From an uncultured cyanobacterium (GTDB lineage: Bacteria > Cyanobacteriota > Cyanobacteriia > Cyanobacteriales > CAWUOF01), in NCBI GenBank assembly GCA_963744145.1, contig CAVUSO010000001.1, positions 3,264,001 through 3,328,000 on the forward strand: a stretch of 64,000 nt of DNA. Reading direction: 5' to 3'. Made by a program: the position numbers and the translations under genes. Under the pieces are notes generated by a model. That model saw only the letters and a list, made by a program, of their open reading frames with translations, searched no databases and was not told the origin of the DNA. Shown here one piece after another: positions 52,194-63,702 of this stretch. Position 1 is the stretch's first letter. Each line of letters begins with the position of its first letter.

Positions 52194-53876
52194 TCACACA
52201 GGATTATTGACCCCAGCTACGGAACGTCCTTGACCAGTTCTTGGTAAGTCCTCAGTAGCTTCACCCAGACCATAATCATAAGGTCCACTAGTCAAGACCG
52301 GTTCACCAAAGAAATTTTCGACAGGTGGTGGTGATGTAGTTTGCCATTCCAAAGTCAAACTTTTCCAAGGATTGTTGACTGCTTTCGGTCCAGCAATCCA
52401 ACTCCAAACTGCATTGATGATGAAAGGAATGGTAGAAACAGCTAGTAGATAGGCTCCGACTGTCGCGACCACATTCAAATCCGTAAATTGGGGGTCATAC
52501 TGAGCCACCCGACGGGGCATACCTTCCATCCCCAATTTGTGCATGGGCATAAAGCAGATATTAAAGCCAATTAAAGTCAGGGCAAAATGAATTCGACCTA
52601 AATTTTCATTCATCATCCTTCCTGTCATTTTGGGGAACCAGTGATAAATGCCTGCAAATAAGCCAAATACACTACCCCCAAACAAGACATAGTGGAGATG
52701 GGCAACTACAAAATAGGTATCGTGAACGTGAATATCAAAAGGCACCGCAGCGACCATAATGCCACTTAGTCCACCAATCACGAACATACCCACAAAACCC
52801 ATCGCAAAGAGCATGGCACTGTTTAAACGCAGTTTGCCACCCCAGATCGTCGCTAACCAACTGAAAACCTTGATCCCCGTCGGTACAGCAATAATCATCG
52901 TTGCGATCATAAAGAACATCCGCAACCAGGCAGGAGTGCCGCTAGTAAACATATGGTGTGCCCAAACAATTAAGCCTAAGAAGCTAATCGCTAAACTCGA
53001 ATAAGCGATCGCTAAATAGCCAAAAATTGGTTTCCGAGCATGAGTGGGCAAAATTTCGGAAATCATTCCAAAAATCGGCAGAATCATAATGTAAACTGCC
53101 GGATGGGAATAAAACCAAAACATATGTTGATAAACCACCGGATCGCCACCACCCATTGGATTAAAAAAGGCAGTGCCAGCAATCAAGTCAAAAGCTAGTA
53201 AAATCAGTGCTCCTGCTAATACTGGGGTGGAAATCAAAATTAGCCCAGACGCAGATAGCATGGCCCAGCAAAAGAGGGGCATTTGATTCAGACTCATTCC
53301 GGGCATCCGCATTTTCAGGATGGTGGTCATAAAGTTAACCGCACCCAAAATTGAGGAAGTTCCCAGCAATAAGACGCTGATAATCCAAATCATTTCCCCA
53401 GCTTGACCAATGTTTAAACTCAGAGGTGGATAAGAAGTCCATCCAGCTCCAGCCGCACCGACAAAGAAACTGCTTAACAGTAAAATTCCACCAGGGATAA
53501 TCATCCAAAATGCGACTGCGTTCAACCGGGGAAAGGCCATATCCCTTGCCCCAATCATCAGTGGGATGAGATAATTGCCAAATGCCCCTGTGCCCGCAGG
53601 AACAATCCACAGAAAAATCATTACTGTGGCATGGATGGTAAATAAGCCGTTATAAACCTCCCCACTAAACACATCTGGATCTGGGGTAGCTAGTTCAGTT
53701 CGTACAGCTTCAGCTAAAAGTCCACCAATCAGATAGAAAATAAAAGTGGTGACCAGGTATTGAATCCCAATTACCTTATGGTCAGTGCTAAAACTAAAGT
53801 ATTTGCGCCAATTGTTGTCACCCTGATCTGAATGGGCTGACTGATTGACATCGGCTGGATTTTCTAAGGTTGTCAT
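52194..53876 (-). CDS. coxA: Cytochrome c oxidase subunit I
   Basis: TDHKVIG, WFYSHPAVY, WAHHMF, HDTYFVVAHLHY. Confidence 0.97.
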   Translation of the reverse strand: MTTLENPADVNQSAHSDQGDNNWRKYFSFSTDHKVIGIQYLVTTFIFYLIGGLLAEAVRTELATPDPDVFSGEVYNGLFTIHATVMIFLWIVPAGTGAFGNYLIPLMIGARDMAFPRLNAVAFWMIIPGGILLLSSFFVGAAGAGWTSYPPLSLNIGQAGEMIWIISVLLLGTSSILGAVNFMTTILKMRMPGMSLNQMPLFCWAMLSASGLILISTPVLAGALILLAFDLIAGTAFFNPMGGGDPVVYQHMFWFYSHPAVYIMILPIFGMISEILPTHARKPIFGYLAIAYSSLAISFLGLIVWAHHMFTSGTPAWLRMFFMIATMIIAVPTGIKVFSWLATIWGGKLRLNSAMLFAMGFVGMFVIGGLSGIMVAAVPFDIHVHDTYFVVAHLHYVLFGGSVFGLFAGIYHWFPKMTGRMMNENLGRIHFALTLIGFNICFMPMHKLGMEGMPRRVAQYDPQFTDLNVVATVGAYLLAVSTIPFIINAVWSWIAGPKAVNNPWKSLTLEWQTTSPPPVENFFGEPVLTSGPYDYGLGEATEDLPRTGQGRSVAGVNNPV

Positions 53877-53879
53877 AAG

Positions 53880-54812
53880 CTAATTGTGGCTTTGGTTGAG
53901 GGCGATCGCCTGATCAATATTTTGATTGTTTGCCTCAGCATTTGCCTCCGCGACTTGACTTGCGACCCAAGCCTCAAAATCTGCTGGGGTATGGACAATC
54001 ACTTGTGTTCTCATCCCACCATGATAAGCACCACAAAGTTCAGCACAAACTACTGGGTATGTACCGACCCGTTTGGGAGTGAAGCGTATTTCTGCCGGAG
54101 TACCGGGAATGGCATCTTGTTTTAACCGAAATTCTGGCATCCAGAACGAGTGGATCACATCGGTCGCTGAAATTTTCAGCTGGATATCTCCACCTACGGG
54201 AATATGTAATTCCCCCGATGTAATATCTTTGTCTGGATAGTTAAAAATCCAGGCATATTGTAAACCTGTGACATTTACCACTACGTCTGGTGTTTTACCT
54301 ACTAAAGCGGGAGCTGCACCTAGTCCCAAGGCAATTTTCGTTTCCGAATTGTTGACTAGGGTTGTTTCTGCTGTAGTCGGGATGGTCGCGGCGATCGCTG
54401 TTCCAGGTGTTTTCGTCATCTGGTGATGGCTCATTTCCTGGGCTGTCATCGGATCAAGACCACCCATGCTGTTGTAAACCTCGAAACTATAGACAGCAAT
54501 TACCAAAACTAAAATAGCGGGAATACCTGTCCAGAGAATTTCTAGGGGAATATTGCCGCGAATCGGGGGACCGTCAGTCTCATCCCCTGGACGTTGGCGA
54601 TACTTAACCGCAGCAAAAATGAGAATTCCTTGCACCAAGAGAAATAACCCCATGGCAATCGTCATCATGGTGTTAAATAGACCATCAACCATGAGAGCTT
54701 CATCTGATGCCGCTATGGGTAGAAGACCATGGTTTTGACCATACCAAAGACTGATGACTGTCAGTCCAATACCAGCTAGCATAGTGAGGATAGAATTTGG
54801 GATTTTCTCCAC
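53880..54812 (-). CDS. coxB: Cytochrome c oxidase subunit II
   Basis: DVIHSFW and CuA motif CAELCGAYHGGM. Confidence 0.96.
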   Translation of the reverse strand: MEKIPNSILTMLAGIGLTVISLWYGQNHGLLPIAASDEALMVDGLFNTMMTIAMGLFLLVQGILIFAAVKYRQRPGDETDGPPIRGNIPLEILWTGIPAILVLVIAVYSFEVYNSMGGLDPMTAQEMSHHQMTKTPGTAIAATIPTTAETTLVNNSETKIALGLGAAPALVGKTPDVVVNVTGLQYAWIFNYPDKDITSGELHIPVGGDIQLKISATDVIHSFWMPEFRLKQDAIPGTPAEIRFTPKRVGTYPVVCAELCGAYHGGMRTQVIVHTPADFEAWVASQVAEANAEANNQNIDQAIALNQSHN

Positions 54813-55191
54813 TGAAGACCTCCTTTTTTATTAATTATTTTCCTGATTGTCGTTTTTACCACGGTAAATCAGGCTCTCTGTCTGCGATCGGATTTTGGCA
54901 AATCTTTATATATTTATTGGGATCGCAGCGATGCAAATGATTAATATTCCCATTGCTGGTCTATCTGCTCCAAAAATACTAGATTTTTTTAATTTTTGCC
55001 AAATTTAATCAATTTTGCCTCAAGACAGAAAGACAATTGGAAAAAATCATAAAACTTTCCCAGCATTAGTCTGAGCTGATTATTCTAGAAGCTAGTAAAA
55101 AAAAATTGACAAAATCTGCAATTAAAGATCCAATAGACAAATAATCAGATTTTGCTGAATTTTTGTTGAGAACCAAGCTGAGGTACAGCCA

Positions 55192-56136
55192 ATGGCCAAT
55201 GTAGTTCTGGATCGGTCTACAGGCACAGAGGAGAGAAAATCATCCTCGCAAGATCACATCCGTCGGCTAGTATGGAAATTAGCGATCGCGACGCTCCTAT
55301 TGATGGCGATCGGTAGTGCTACTAGAGTAATGAATGCTGGATTAGCCTGCCCCGACTGGCCACTGTGTTACGGTGCCTTGGTGCCCTGGCGGCAAATGAA
55401 TTTTCAGGTGTTTCTAGAATGGTTTCATCGTCTAGATGCAGGCTTAATTGGTTGCGGTGCGATCGCTCTGGTAGTCTTATCTTGGTGGCATCGACACAAT
55501 CTCCCCACCTGGCTGCCCAAAGCATCGATTTTGGCGTTGACTCTGATTATTTTCCAAGCAGTTTTAGGTGGGCTAACCGTTACAGAACTGCTTCGTTTTG
55601 ATATAGTCACAGCTCACCTGGGAGCAGCTTTGCTATTTTTTATCACTTTACTGGTGATCGGATTTACCTTGATGCCCTATCAAGCTACAGGTACTACTGG
55701 TCAGTTAGGCTGGATCGGACTAATAGCTGCACTTCTCACCTACTGCCAAAGTCTTCTCGGCGGACTGGTTGCTTCCCAATGGGCACTACACCAATGCTTT
55801 GGCTATGAGCAACTGTGCGTAATTATGAATACACATATCTGGGGAGTTCTTCCCGCTAGTATGGCGATTCTGACTCTGGTAATTCTAGTCTGGCGCACTG
55901 CTACACTTGCTCCTATCCTCCGTCGATTAGCAAACTGGGCAGGGAGCTTACTGATATTGCAAATAATTTTAGGTGTGGCAACTTTTCGCTTACATCTCCA
56001 AGTAGAACCTCTAACGGTTGCTCACCAGTCGATCGGTGCGGCTTTGCTAGGAAGTTTAGTCGCTTTTACTGTTTTAGCAATTCGCGATGTCAAGGAATCT
56101 TTACAAACAGTTTCCCAACCGATCGTGACTAACTAA
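55192..56136 (+). CDS. ctaA: Heme A synthase
   Basis: GLACPDWPLCYG, EWFHR, conserved His residues. Confidence 0.94.
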   Translation: MANVVLDRSTGTEERKSSSQDHIRRLVWKLAIATLLLMAIGSATRVMNAGLACPDWPLCYGALVPWRQMNFQVFLEWFHRLDAGLIGCGAIALVVLSWWHRHNLPTWLPKASILALTLIIFQAVLGGLTVTELLRFDIVTAHLGAALLFFITLLVIGFTLMPYQATGTTGQLGWIGLIAALLTYCQSLLGGLVASQWALHQCFGYEQLCVIMNTHIWGVLPASMAILTLVILVWRTATLAPILRRLANWAGSLLILQIILGVATFRLHLQVEPLTVAHQSIGAALLGSLVAFTVLAIRDVKESLQTVSQPIVTN

Positions 56137-56194
56137 AGTGTGCTACCCAATTGGTAATTACTGATTAGCAGTTAAGAAAGGAAAAATAAAATTC

Positions 56195-57145
56195 ATGCAA
56201 GAACTGATTGGAACTGATTTACGTCGCCACCAAAATTTTTTACAAGTCATTCAAAGCTACTATCAGCTCACTAAACCTCGCATTATCCTGTTGTTACTAA
56301 TTACCACAGCTGCGGGAATGTGGGTAGCAGCGCAAGGAGAGGTTGATCCGAGTTTGCTTTTGATCACACTCACTGGCGGGGCTTTAGCTTCTGGTGCTGC
56401 AAATACGATTAATTGTCTTTACGATCAAGACATTGATTATATTATGGAGCGAACTCGCTGGCGTCCGATTCCTTCTGGTCGTGTTAAACCTCGTGATGCT
56501 TTATTATTTGCGATCATTCTTGCTAGTCTTTCTTTCATCTTATTAACTCTGTGCGCTAATTTGTTAGCAGCACTGCTCTCCATGGCTGGAATTGTTTTTT
56601 ATGTGGGGGTATACACCCATTGGCTCAAGCGTCATAGTGTCCAAAATATTGTGATTGGTGGTGCTGCGGGAGCCATTCCTCCTCTAGTGGGATGGGCTGC
56701 TTGTACAGGGAATTTAACCTGGGCACCTTGGGTGATGTTTCTGATTATCTTTTTGTGGACTCCTCCCCATTTCTGGGCTTTGGCTATGATGATTCGTGAT
56801 GATTATGCCGCAGTTGGTGTACCCATGTTGCCCGTGATTGAGGGAGATCAAGTTACCGCACGTCAGATTTTCTTATATACTTTGCTCCTGTTTCCCGTGA
56901 CATTGTTGTTAGTTTATCCCCTTCATGTTAGCGGTGCTGTTTATTTAGCGATCGCGGTTTTTTTGGGAATTTTGTTCATCAGGAAAGCTTGGCAATTGTT
57001 GCAATTATCTAGCGATCGGCAAGTGGCGCGATCGCTCTTTAAATATTCGATTCTGTATCTGATGTTACTCTGTGCCGGTCTGGTAGTTGATAGTTTACCG
57101 ATCACCCATCATTTGATGATGGTTTTGGGCGAAAGATTCTCATAA
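56195..57145 (+). CDS. ctaB: Protoheme IX farnesyltransferase (heme O synthase)
   Basis: [47 protein letters not shown]. Confidence 0.96.
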   Translation: MQELIGTDLRRHQNFLQVIQSYYQLTKPRIILLLLITTAAGMWVAAQGEVDPSLLLITLTGGALASGAANTINCLYDQDIDYIMERTRWRPIPSGRVKPRDALLFAIILASLSFILLTLCANLLAALLSMAGIVFYVGVYTHWLKRHSVQNIVIGGAAGAIPPLVGWAACTGNLTWAPWVMFLIIFLWTPPHFWALAMMIRDDYAAVGVPMLPVIEGDQVTARQIFLYTLLLFPVTLLLVYPLHVSGAVYLAIAVFLGILFIRKAWQLLQLSSDRQVARSLFKYSILYLMLLCAGLVVDSLPITHHLMMVLGERFS

Positions 57146-57151
57146 AAATAA

Positions 57152-57505
57152 CCCGGTAAGTCGAAGCTAGGTTCTTGTTAACCGTTCGACTCCGCTCACA
57201 GCGAGCCTGGGAGGGAAACGCAGAGAGCGGTTTTAACCGCCTGTAAATATTTTTATTCTTTCGTTAATTACGAAAGAATTGTGTTAGATTGAATTAACAA
57301 CCGTAGGGGCGTATTGCAATACGCCCGTACAGTGAAATACCCGACAGTTGTTAAAAAACTAAGTAGCGGTGGATCTTAGGCTTGTCCTAAGTGAAATCAG
57401 TAGAGGTGGCTTGTACACGCCTTTGAAGGGGCGTATTGCAATACGCCCGTACAAATTCTCTGAACTATTCAAGAATCTCAGGGTCTTTAGACCTGATAGT
57501 ATCAA
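57152..57505 (+). mobile_element. Non-autonomous IS200/IS605 derivative (MITE/PATE)
   Basis: 57147-57251 matches the reverse complement of 1031-1112; ends in TTCAAGAATCTCAGGGTCTTTAGACCTGATAGTATCAA, a typical IS605 right end. Confidence 0.85.
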
Positions 57506-57525
57506 CAATATTTAGTTAGTTTTCA
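57297..57525 (+). ncRNA. Putative TnpB omegaRNA scaffold plus flank-derived guide
   Basis: Retains tnpB-3'-end-like sequence and the right-end hairpin ending in TCAA; extended -10 (TGtTAGATT) at about 57282-57290. Boundaries are approximate. Confidence 0.55.
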
Positions 57526-57559
57526 CCCTTTGTCTGATCTAGACAATTATCTGAATTAG

Positions 57560-57584
57560 TAGCGGGCATTTTGCCCGCTATTTT
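57560..57584 (+). terminator. Intrinsic terminator
   Basis: TAGCGGGCA-TTT-TGCCCGCTA-TTTT. Confidence 0.7.
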
Positions 57585-57805
57585 ATGCAGCAGTTGGGGT
57601 AATTCCTTAATTGTCGCGACCAAGTAGGAGTAAGCTTGGGTCATTAATTCCAGATTTAGGATGGGATTAATCTAAAATTTGACCCCCAAAAAAATTCATC
57701 CTCACCTAGATAATCAAAATTTAAAGTCTTTTCTGAGACAACATTTTAAGATCAAACATGATAGTGTCAAAACAACTTTCCCAAAACTACTAGGATCAAA
57801 CATAT

Positions 57806-60079
57806 ATGTATCGGTTCCAAATAAGTGCTTATACGCAGAGCGGAGAATCTATAGTAATCCTGGGTTCAACTCCTGAGTTAGGACAGTGGGACCTAAGTAA
57901 ATGTATCCATCTCCATACTAATGCTGATTCCTACCCTTTATGGTGGGTAGATATCGATATTAAAATTCCTCAATCTTGGGACTCATCAAATCAACAAAAA
58001 ATCGAATACAAATATTTACGAATTGGTATAGATCAAGAGATAAAGTGGGAATCGCAAGGACCAAATCGTTGGATACCCATGGAATCTCAACCGCCACAAT
58101 CAACTATTATTGTTGAGGATCTTGCTTTCGGTGATGTGCAACCTTTTCCCTACGGATATTTTAAAACTCCTATTCCAAATCCACCCCGAGAAAAAGGGTC
58201 TCAAGGTTTAAAAATTGTAGTTATTGGTAGTTCTGTCGCTTTAGGATGTAGTTCTTGGTTGTTAAAAGGTTGGACTTGGCATTTAGCTAAAGAATTACAT
58301 GAAAAATATGGGCATCAAGTGATCAATGTATCTGAACTTGGTGCTAACGTCAGCTCCACAATTAATCGGTTTCCTTCAGTAGTTGCTCCCATCCGACCAG
58401 ATATGGTGATCATTGCCCTTTCTTTAGGTAATGAGGGATTAGCAAACTGTCCACCTTACCAACGACGAGCGGTACAAAGACGTTTTGAAAGTGGATTACA
58501 GCAACTGGTAAAAATGACTAAAGAATTAGGAGCGCTTCCTATTCTTGGGGGATTATATCCGAATGGTAATTACTCACCAGAACATAATTGGTTACTCAAA
58601 GATACTCATTACCGAATGTTAAATTGGGATATTCCCATCTTAAATTGGCTTGATGTTCTTGATAACGGAGCTGGACAGTGGAAAGCAGGAACATCTTTTG
58701 ATCCAGGGCACCCTAATGGTTTTGGTCATCGTCTGATGTATGAAGCGATCGATATTCGTCTGTTCCAAACTACCTATGACGCGATCGCCAAAGCTAAACT
58801 CCAAGCTCAACAGAAAAATGATATATTAATCTATCGCGATCCGCCAGGTTTTCAGGTATTTGCCTGTAAAAATGATAAAAGTTTGCGTGTAATGAATCGG
58901 TCGAAATATACTTATACGATCGCTAATTATTGGCTGGAATTACAAACCGCAATTCAGACAAAAGCTGGGTTGATGCCCGGAATTTATATAGCTAAAAATG
59001 CTCAAAAAGGAACACTACCATTTTTGGCAGTAAGAGAAGATGGTACGATCGAAACTACGGTAGATGTTCCCCCAGGAACTGACCTAGAATATAGTGCAGC
59101 GTTTCACTTTTTTTCACCCAAAATCTCCCAAATTTTATTTTATGATGGCTCCCTGGGAATCTTGAAAGAAAGTGAATATTTTATTCGTGTCATTAATGAA
59201 ACTGATCACGAATATAATATCCATCCGATGTGGAAGGAAATTCGTGTAGCATTGAAAGGAATGTTACCTGGTGTTTATGAAGATTTGCTTTATAATGATG
59301 TACCGTTTCGGACAATGATGATTGGTAAAGATGGTTTAGAAAGTCGTGTGAAAGTGCCACCAAAATCATCTGTACTGTTCCAATATAAATGTAAATTATC
59401 AGAAATTAAACGGATTGCGATTATTCCGATCGGCGATCGCTGTGCGATGCGAATGTTGCTCTACAAAATGCAATATGATGGACCAGCTTTTCCCTTTGAT
59501 CTAACTAGAAGTAGTAATCTAGGGGATGTGGCTGATATGATTGCCAATGATTTTTCTGATATGTGGAACCCTAATTTATTACACTACAACCATTCTGAAA
59601 AAAGAATCTATCATACTAAGTGGACAGGTTTGTCTTTTGCCCATGAAGTAGAAGATACAGACAATCCTCTGCAAAATATGGGTGCTATATATGAGCGGAT
59701 GCGTACTCGTTACTCAGCTAGAGCTAAAAGGTTTGCTTACACTGTCAAAAATTGTAATGAAGCAATTTTTGTGCGTACAGGTATTACAGAGAGAGGTTAT
59801 GTCATTGATCTGGTAGAAAAACTAAAAGTCAAATGTCAAGAAAAACCCTTCCTTGTCTTGATCATTTCCCGACAACCTTCTAGTGAATTCGCAGAGATCC
59901 CCCATGTCTTACATTATGACTTAGAGTTCAATCCCGATCGAATGTATGACGATATAGGTTATTGGCTTTATTGTACAGATACCATGCAAGAAATTCTCGA
60001 ATCTTTGGGAGTATCCAGTAAAAATCTATTTTGGTGTCCACCCAATGTGCCAAAAGATGAAGTGAAAATGTCGAATTAA
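57806..60079 (+). CDS. CBM20 + SGNH/GDSL hydrolase + DUF1796-like domain protein
   Basis: GESIVILGSTPELGQWD (CBM20), GSSVALG / GNEG / DPGHPN (SGNH), C-terminal IGDRC...FPFD...HE. Confidence 0.8.
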   Translation: MYRFQISAYTQSGESIVILGSTPELGQWDLSKCIHLHTNADSYPLWWVDIDIKIPQSWDSSNQQKIEYKYLRIGIDQEIKWESQGPNRWIPMESQPPQSTIIVEDLAFGDVQPFPYGYFKTPIPNPPREKGSQGLKIVVIGSSVALGCSSWLLKGWTWHLAKELHEKYGHQVINVSELGANVSSTINRFPSVVAPIRPDMVIIALSLGNEGLANCPPYQRRAVQRRFESGLQQLVKMTKELGALPILGGLYPNGNYSPEHNWLLKDTHYRMLNWDIPILNWLDVLDNGAGQWKAGTSFDPGHPNGFGHRLMYEAIDIRLFQTTYDAIAKAKLQAQQKNDILIYRDPPGFQVFACKNDKSLRVMNRSKYTYTIANYWLELQTAIQTKAGLMPGIYIAKNAQKGTLPFLAVREDGTIETTVDVPPGTDLEYSAAFHFFSPKISQILFYDGSLGILKESEYFIRVINETDHEYNIHPMWKEIRVALKGMLPGVYEDLLYNDVPFRTMMIGKDGLESRVKVPPKSSVLFQYKCKLSEIKRIAIIPIGDRCAMRMLLYKMQYDGPAFPFDLTRSSNLGDVADMIANDFSDMWNPNLLHYNHSEKRIYHTKWTGLSFAHEVEDTDNPLQNMGAIYERMRTRYSARAKRFAYTVKNCNEAIFVRTGITERGYVIDLVEKLKVKCQEKPFLVLIISRQPSSEFAEIPHVLHYDLEFNPDRMYDDIGYWLYCTDTMQEILESLGVSSKNLFWCPPNVPKDEVKMSN

Positions 60080-60089
60080 TCATCGTTCA

Positions 60090-60362
60090 TCATTTGGAAT
60101 GTTCGGATAGATGATTAAAAATAGCGGTGATTTTATCGACGGAGGTGAGCCATTGTTTTGTTGCGACTTTCCAAACGACTATAAATTGCTGGGAAGAGAG
60201 GGTGCATAATGCGGTAGTTTCACCATCTTCGTTGCTAAATTCAACTTCAAAATGGTCGCTGTCATAGCATTCAACAATGGTTCCTTGAGCGCCAATAAAC
60301 TGGTTATGTTCTGGTAGATTAACAAGGATTTATACGAGATCTAATAATTTTGGTTTAATCAT
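60090..60362 (-). pseudogene. DUF4926-like protein with a TAA at codon 11
   Basis: MIKPKLLDLV*ILVNLPE...GAQGTIVECY...FEVEFSNEDGET. Confidence 0.75.
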
Positions 60363-60374
60363 GATCTTTTAGGA

Positions 60375-60602
60375 TCTGACAAAAACTCTAATACTAAAGC
60401 CGGAATTTCGCCCTGAAGTCGAGGGGTGTAACTACGAACAACTTCTGAACGGTCTACAGCGATCGGATAAATGTACGCCCAATCAGGAGCTTTCACCACT
60501 GTCTTCCCATTAATAGTGGCACAAATACCATAGTTGGTGGGAGTAAGGGCATTCGGGTAACTTTTCCCAGGTAATCTTGTAAGTGGGGGTGGTAGCTAAC
60601 AT
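60375..60602 (-). pseudogene. Uma2-family remnant with an internal deletion and 3' truncation
   Basis: MLATTPTYKITWEKLP joined out of frame to NYGICATINGKTVVKAPDWAY...RSYTP...LVLEFLSD. Confidence 0.75.
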
Positions 60603-60741
60603 GATGTTTTGTGTAGAGATAGTAAATTAACGTTATTTATTTTATCATCATTCCAGGCAAGGTCGCATTGTTCGTAGTAGGGGCTGTCTTCCCCATTGAA
60701 TTATTGTGTCGATCGAAGTATTGAATCTAGATGGTGATTTT

Positions 60742-61230
60742 TTAAACTGTATCCAAGGGTATTTCTAGCATTTCTGCTATTTCTTCATTAGTTAATCCAA
60801 GCGATCGCAATCTTTCAATTTTAGCTTGATTCTTGCTGGGCTGAGGATGAGGATTTTTGGGCGGATCTTGATCTGAAATAGTATTGGATTGTTCAGGAAC
60901 AAATTGAATGCAACCAATGATATTATTGTTGATAGTATTAATCCTACTTGTATCAAAAGAAATATTCAGTTCACATTGTCGTTCTATAACAGATTTAAGA
61001 TTATTTTTATCAACTGATTCACCAAAAACATTAGATAATATCTGCAAAAGTTCATAACCGACATCTTTAGCATGACCAGCACTACAACCATATGTTGCTG
61101 CAATATCAGCATATTTTTATCGATTTAGTATTCCTTCAATTATGCCATGCTGCAAGTCATTGAGATGTTTACCAGTTTTGGTATAGATGACCTCATCTAC
61201 CAATTGCAGGACTTCGTTAGTGTTCATCAT
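60742..61230 (-). pseudogene. HTH protein (vWA-MoxR-associated N-terminal HTH-like) with an in-frame TAA at 61117-61119
   Basis: MNTNEVLQLVDEVI..KTGKHLNDLQ..IIEG...*KYADIA...GYELLQILS.VFGESVDKNNLKS. Confidence 0.72.
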
Positions 61231-61311
61231 TGAGGGAGATAGTTAGGATAAATGAGAGAATTATAGCAGACTTTTTCCGTCTTTTTCCGTATGGCATTAA
61301 AAAATTTATAA

Positions 61312-63546
61312 ATCATCGAATATAGACTTAAAGTTGTAGGCGACCAAATCAATATTTTTGTAATTGGTTCTATCTCGGGTGGTACTGGGAGTGGAATGCT
61401 GATTGATTTGGGATACTCGTTGCATCATTGGTTTGACGGAGAACCGGGATTAAAAACTACGGCTATAATTCCTTTGCCTGATGCCTTTAGTGGAGTAAAT
61501 GCTAATTCAAGGGTTAAGGAAAATGGTTACGCTGCTTTAATGGAATTGAACTATTTTTCAGATACAAAAAATACCTTTAGTGTTCGTTACAGTTCTGAGG
61601 AAAAAGACCGGGTCGAATCAAAAAGAGAGCCCTATGACTATATCTACATTGTTGGCACTCAGAATGACCAAGGAGTAGCAATAGAACTAAATGATCTTCG
61701 AGAGATGATCGCTCAAAATATTTTCCTGGACTTAGTATCTGAATATGCTCCTTACAAACGTTCTATTCGGGATAATACTAAAAGAGAAATCGCAGGAACA
61801 AATGACTGACCTCTTCAAGGGGATCGCAGCTATCCCCGTAAATTTATGAGTTTTGGGTTAGCAACTATAGAAATTCCCATTCATTATATATGTACATCAC
61901 TTTCATTCCGAGTAGCTGCGGACTTGTTGAAGTGGTGGCAAAATTCTGATATCCAATTACCTCATGATCCTCAAAAGGTGGTTGAAAATGACTTGAGGGA
62001 AATGAAACTGCTAGATGTAGAGCTGCTGAAGGCTATTTCCAATGCAGGCGATCGCCCCTACAAAGATGTTATTTTTTCCTGGAAGAAGCATACTCAACAG
62101 GAAATTGTTGATAAAAACCTTCTTCAGTGTACTGCTCAGATGCCGAATCTTCCTTTCACTAAAGAAACCGGAAAAATCCTAACTTTTGTTGATAGTTTTC
62201 TCGAACCTGAAGTTAAAAAATATAGAACTGAGCATTTTCGAGATGATAGTCCTGATCGAAGAGCACATGGTGATTTTTTGCTCAGAATGTACGATAACCA
62301 GGATCAATTGGTAAATCAGGCTACTAATCAACTTCTGGATCAGGTGTACATAGATCTGGTTGATCGCGATCGAGGACCGAAATTTTTGGAAACCATGCTC
62401 GATCTGGTGGAACGAATCTTTAATACACAAATTGAGCGACTTGATCGTGAAGCCCAAGGAACATGGCAACGTGCGAGAGATGATAGTTTCAAAGAATATG
62501 ATTCGGCAATTTCACGGATCAATGAGTTGAGGAAGCAGTGGAGACCCACAAAACAAGACCAAATTAATCAAGACTGTGATTCTGCTTTAGGATTAGCGGG
62601 ACAGGCTTTTCAAGCAATTTTAGAACAGAAATCACGAGTTATTGCAGCTGAGGGGCTGCGTCGGATTAAACTCTTTATTGGTCAACTGAAGAGACAACTT
62701 CAAGAATGGAAACAGCGGGTTGCTCAATCTGAGGTACAATTTCGCTACTCCGCAAAAGAAGAGATAAACAAGGCAGATGCTTTGAAAATTGTTGGTGTTA
62801 AGCTATTCAATCGAGAGGAATTTAACGATCTTTATGAAGACTTTTTAGCTCATAAGCAAGGGATTAGTTCTCTCTGCCAACAATTAACAGAACAAGTATT
62901 AGAGCAGAGTAATACTGCATGGAGAGATGTTCTAAGTGATAGGGCTAGATTCCGTCTGTTGGATATCGGAAAAATTCCCTCAATCCAGTATCATGATTTT
63001 GAGAAAATTGTATTAAAAATGTCCGACAAATCGATTAACGCAGCTCCTTCTGGCAGTAAGCTAGTCTTGGATCTAGATGCTTGCACTCGCTTTATGAGGC
63101 TATATCCAAACGAACGGGATCGTCAATCTCGGATTGAACTGCTATTTAACAGGTCAAAACCATTGGTTCGTCTCGATCCAGTCCCACCACTAAGTTCCAG
63201 ATTTAGTTACATTGATGTTTCTCAAGCGGGATTGATCGGTGGAAATGATACGACAGATCCAGCAGCGCAACGACAAGTAGTAATTTTGAAGAAATACTTT
63301 ACTAAAGAGGACGCGATCGCACCCTTAACTGAGCGGGAAAGGCACAAAATTCTGGCTATCCACGAAGTTGGGGGATTCTCTCTACGGTGTATATTGGGTA
63401 TTAACCAGCTCCGTCAATCTTACCAAACATGGCGAGGGCAAAGGGTGAAAGCTGAACGAGACAGACTTCAAGGACTTTCAGTAGATAATCAAATTGGGGG
63501 GGTTCACAAAATACTTTTATTTCAGCAGCTCAAGAAAAAGCTTTAG
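61312..63546 (+). pseudogene. Tubulin-like (Tubulin_2-type) protein, 5'-truncated, with an in-frame TGA at 61807-61809
   Basis: GSISGGTGSGMLIDLGY tubulin/FtsZ signature, NGYAALMELNY; ORFs 61396 and 61846 share one frame. Confidence 0.8.
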
Positions 63547-63702
63547 AAATGAAGTTAGATGGGGTAGTAGCAGAATCAATTTGGAGGAAGTTTCTTAATC
63601 AATAGAAATAGACATTTTATCAGCTAAGATATTTTTCTATAAGGTCACTCAATGGACAACAGCGATCGCTTCTTCCCTCACTCAATCCCCAAACCTTCTT
63701 CC

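Noticed and set aside
43031..61809. TGA recoding (Trp or Sec) suggested by in-frame TGA in the NADAR and tubulin-like genes
   Set aside because: Intact genes such as tnpA, mazG and coxA end in TGA, and other lesions are TAA or frameshifts, so simple decay fits better.
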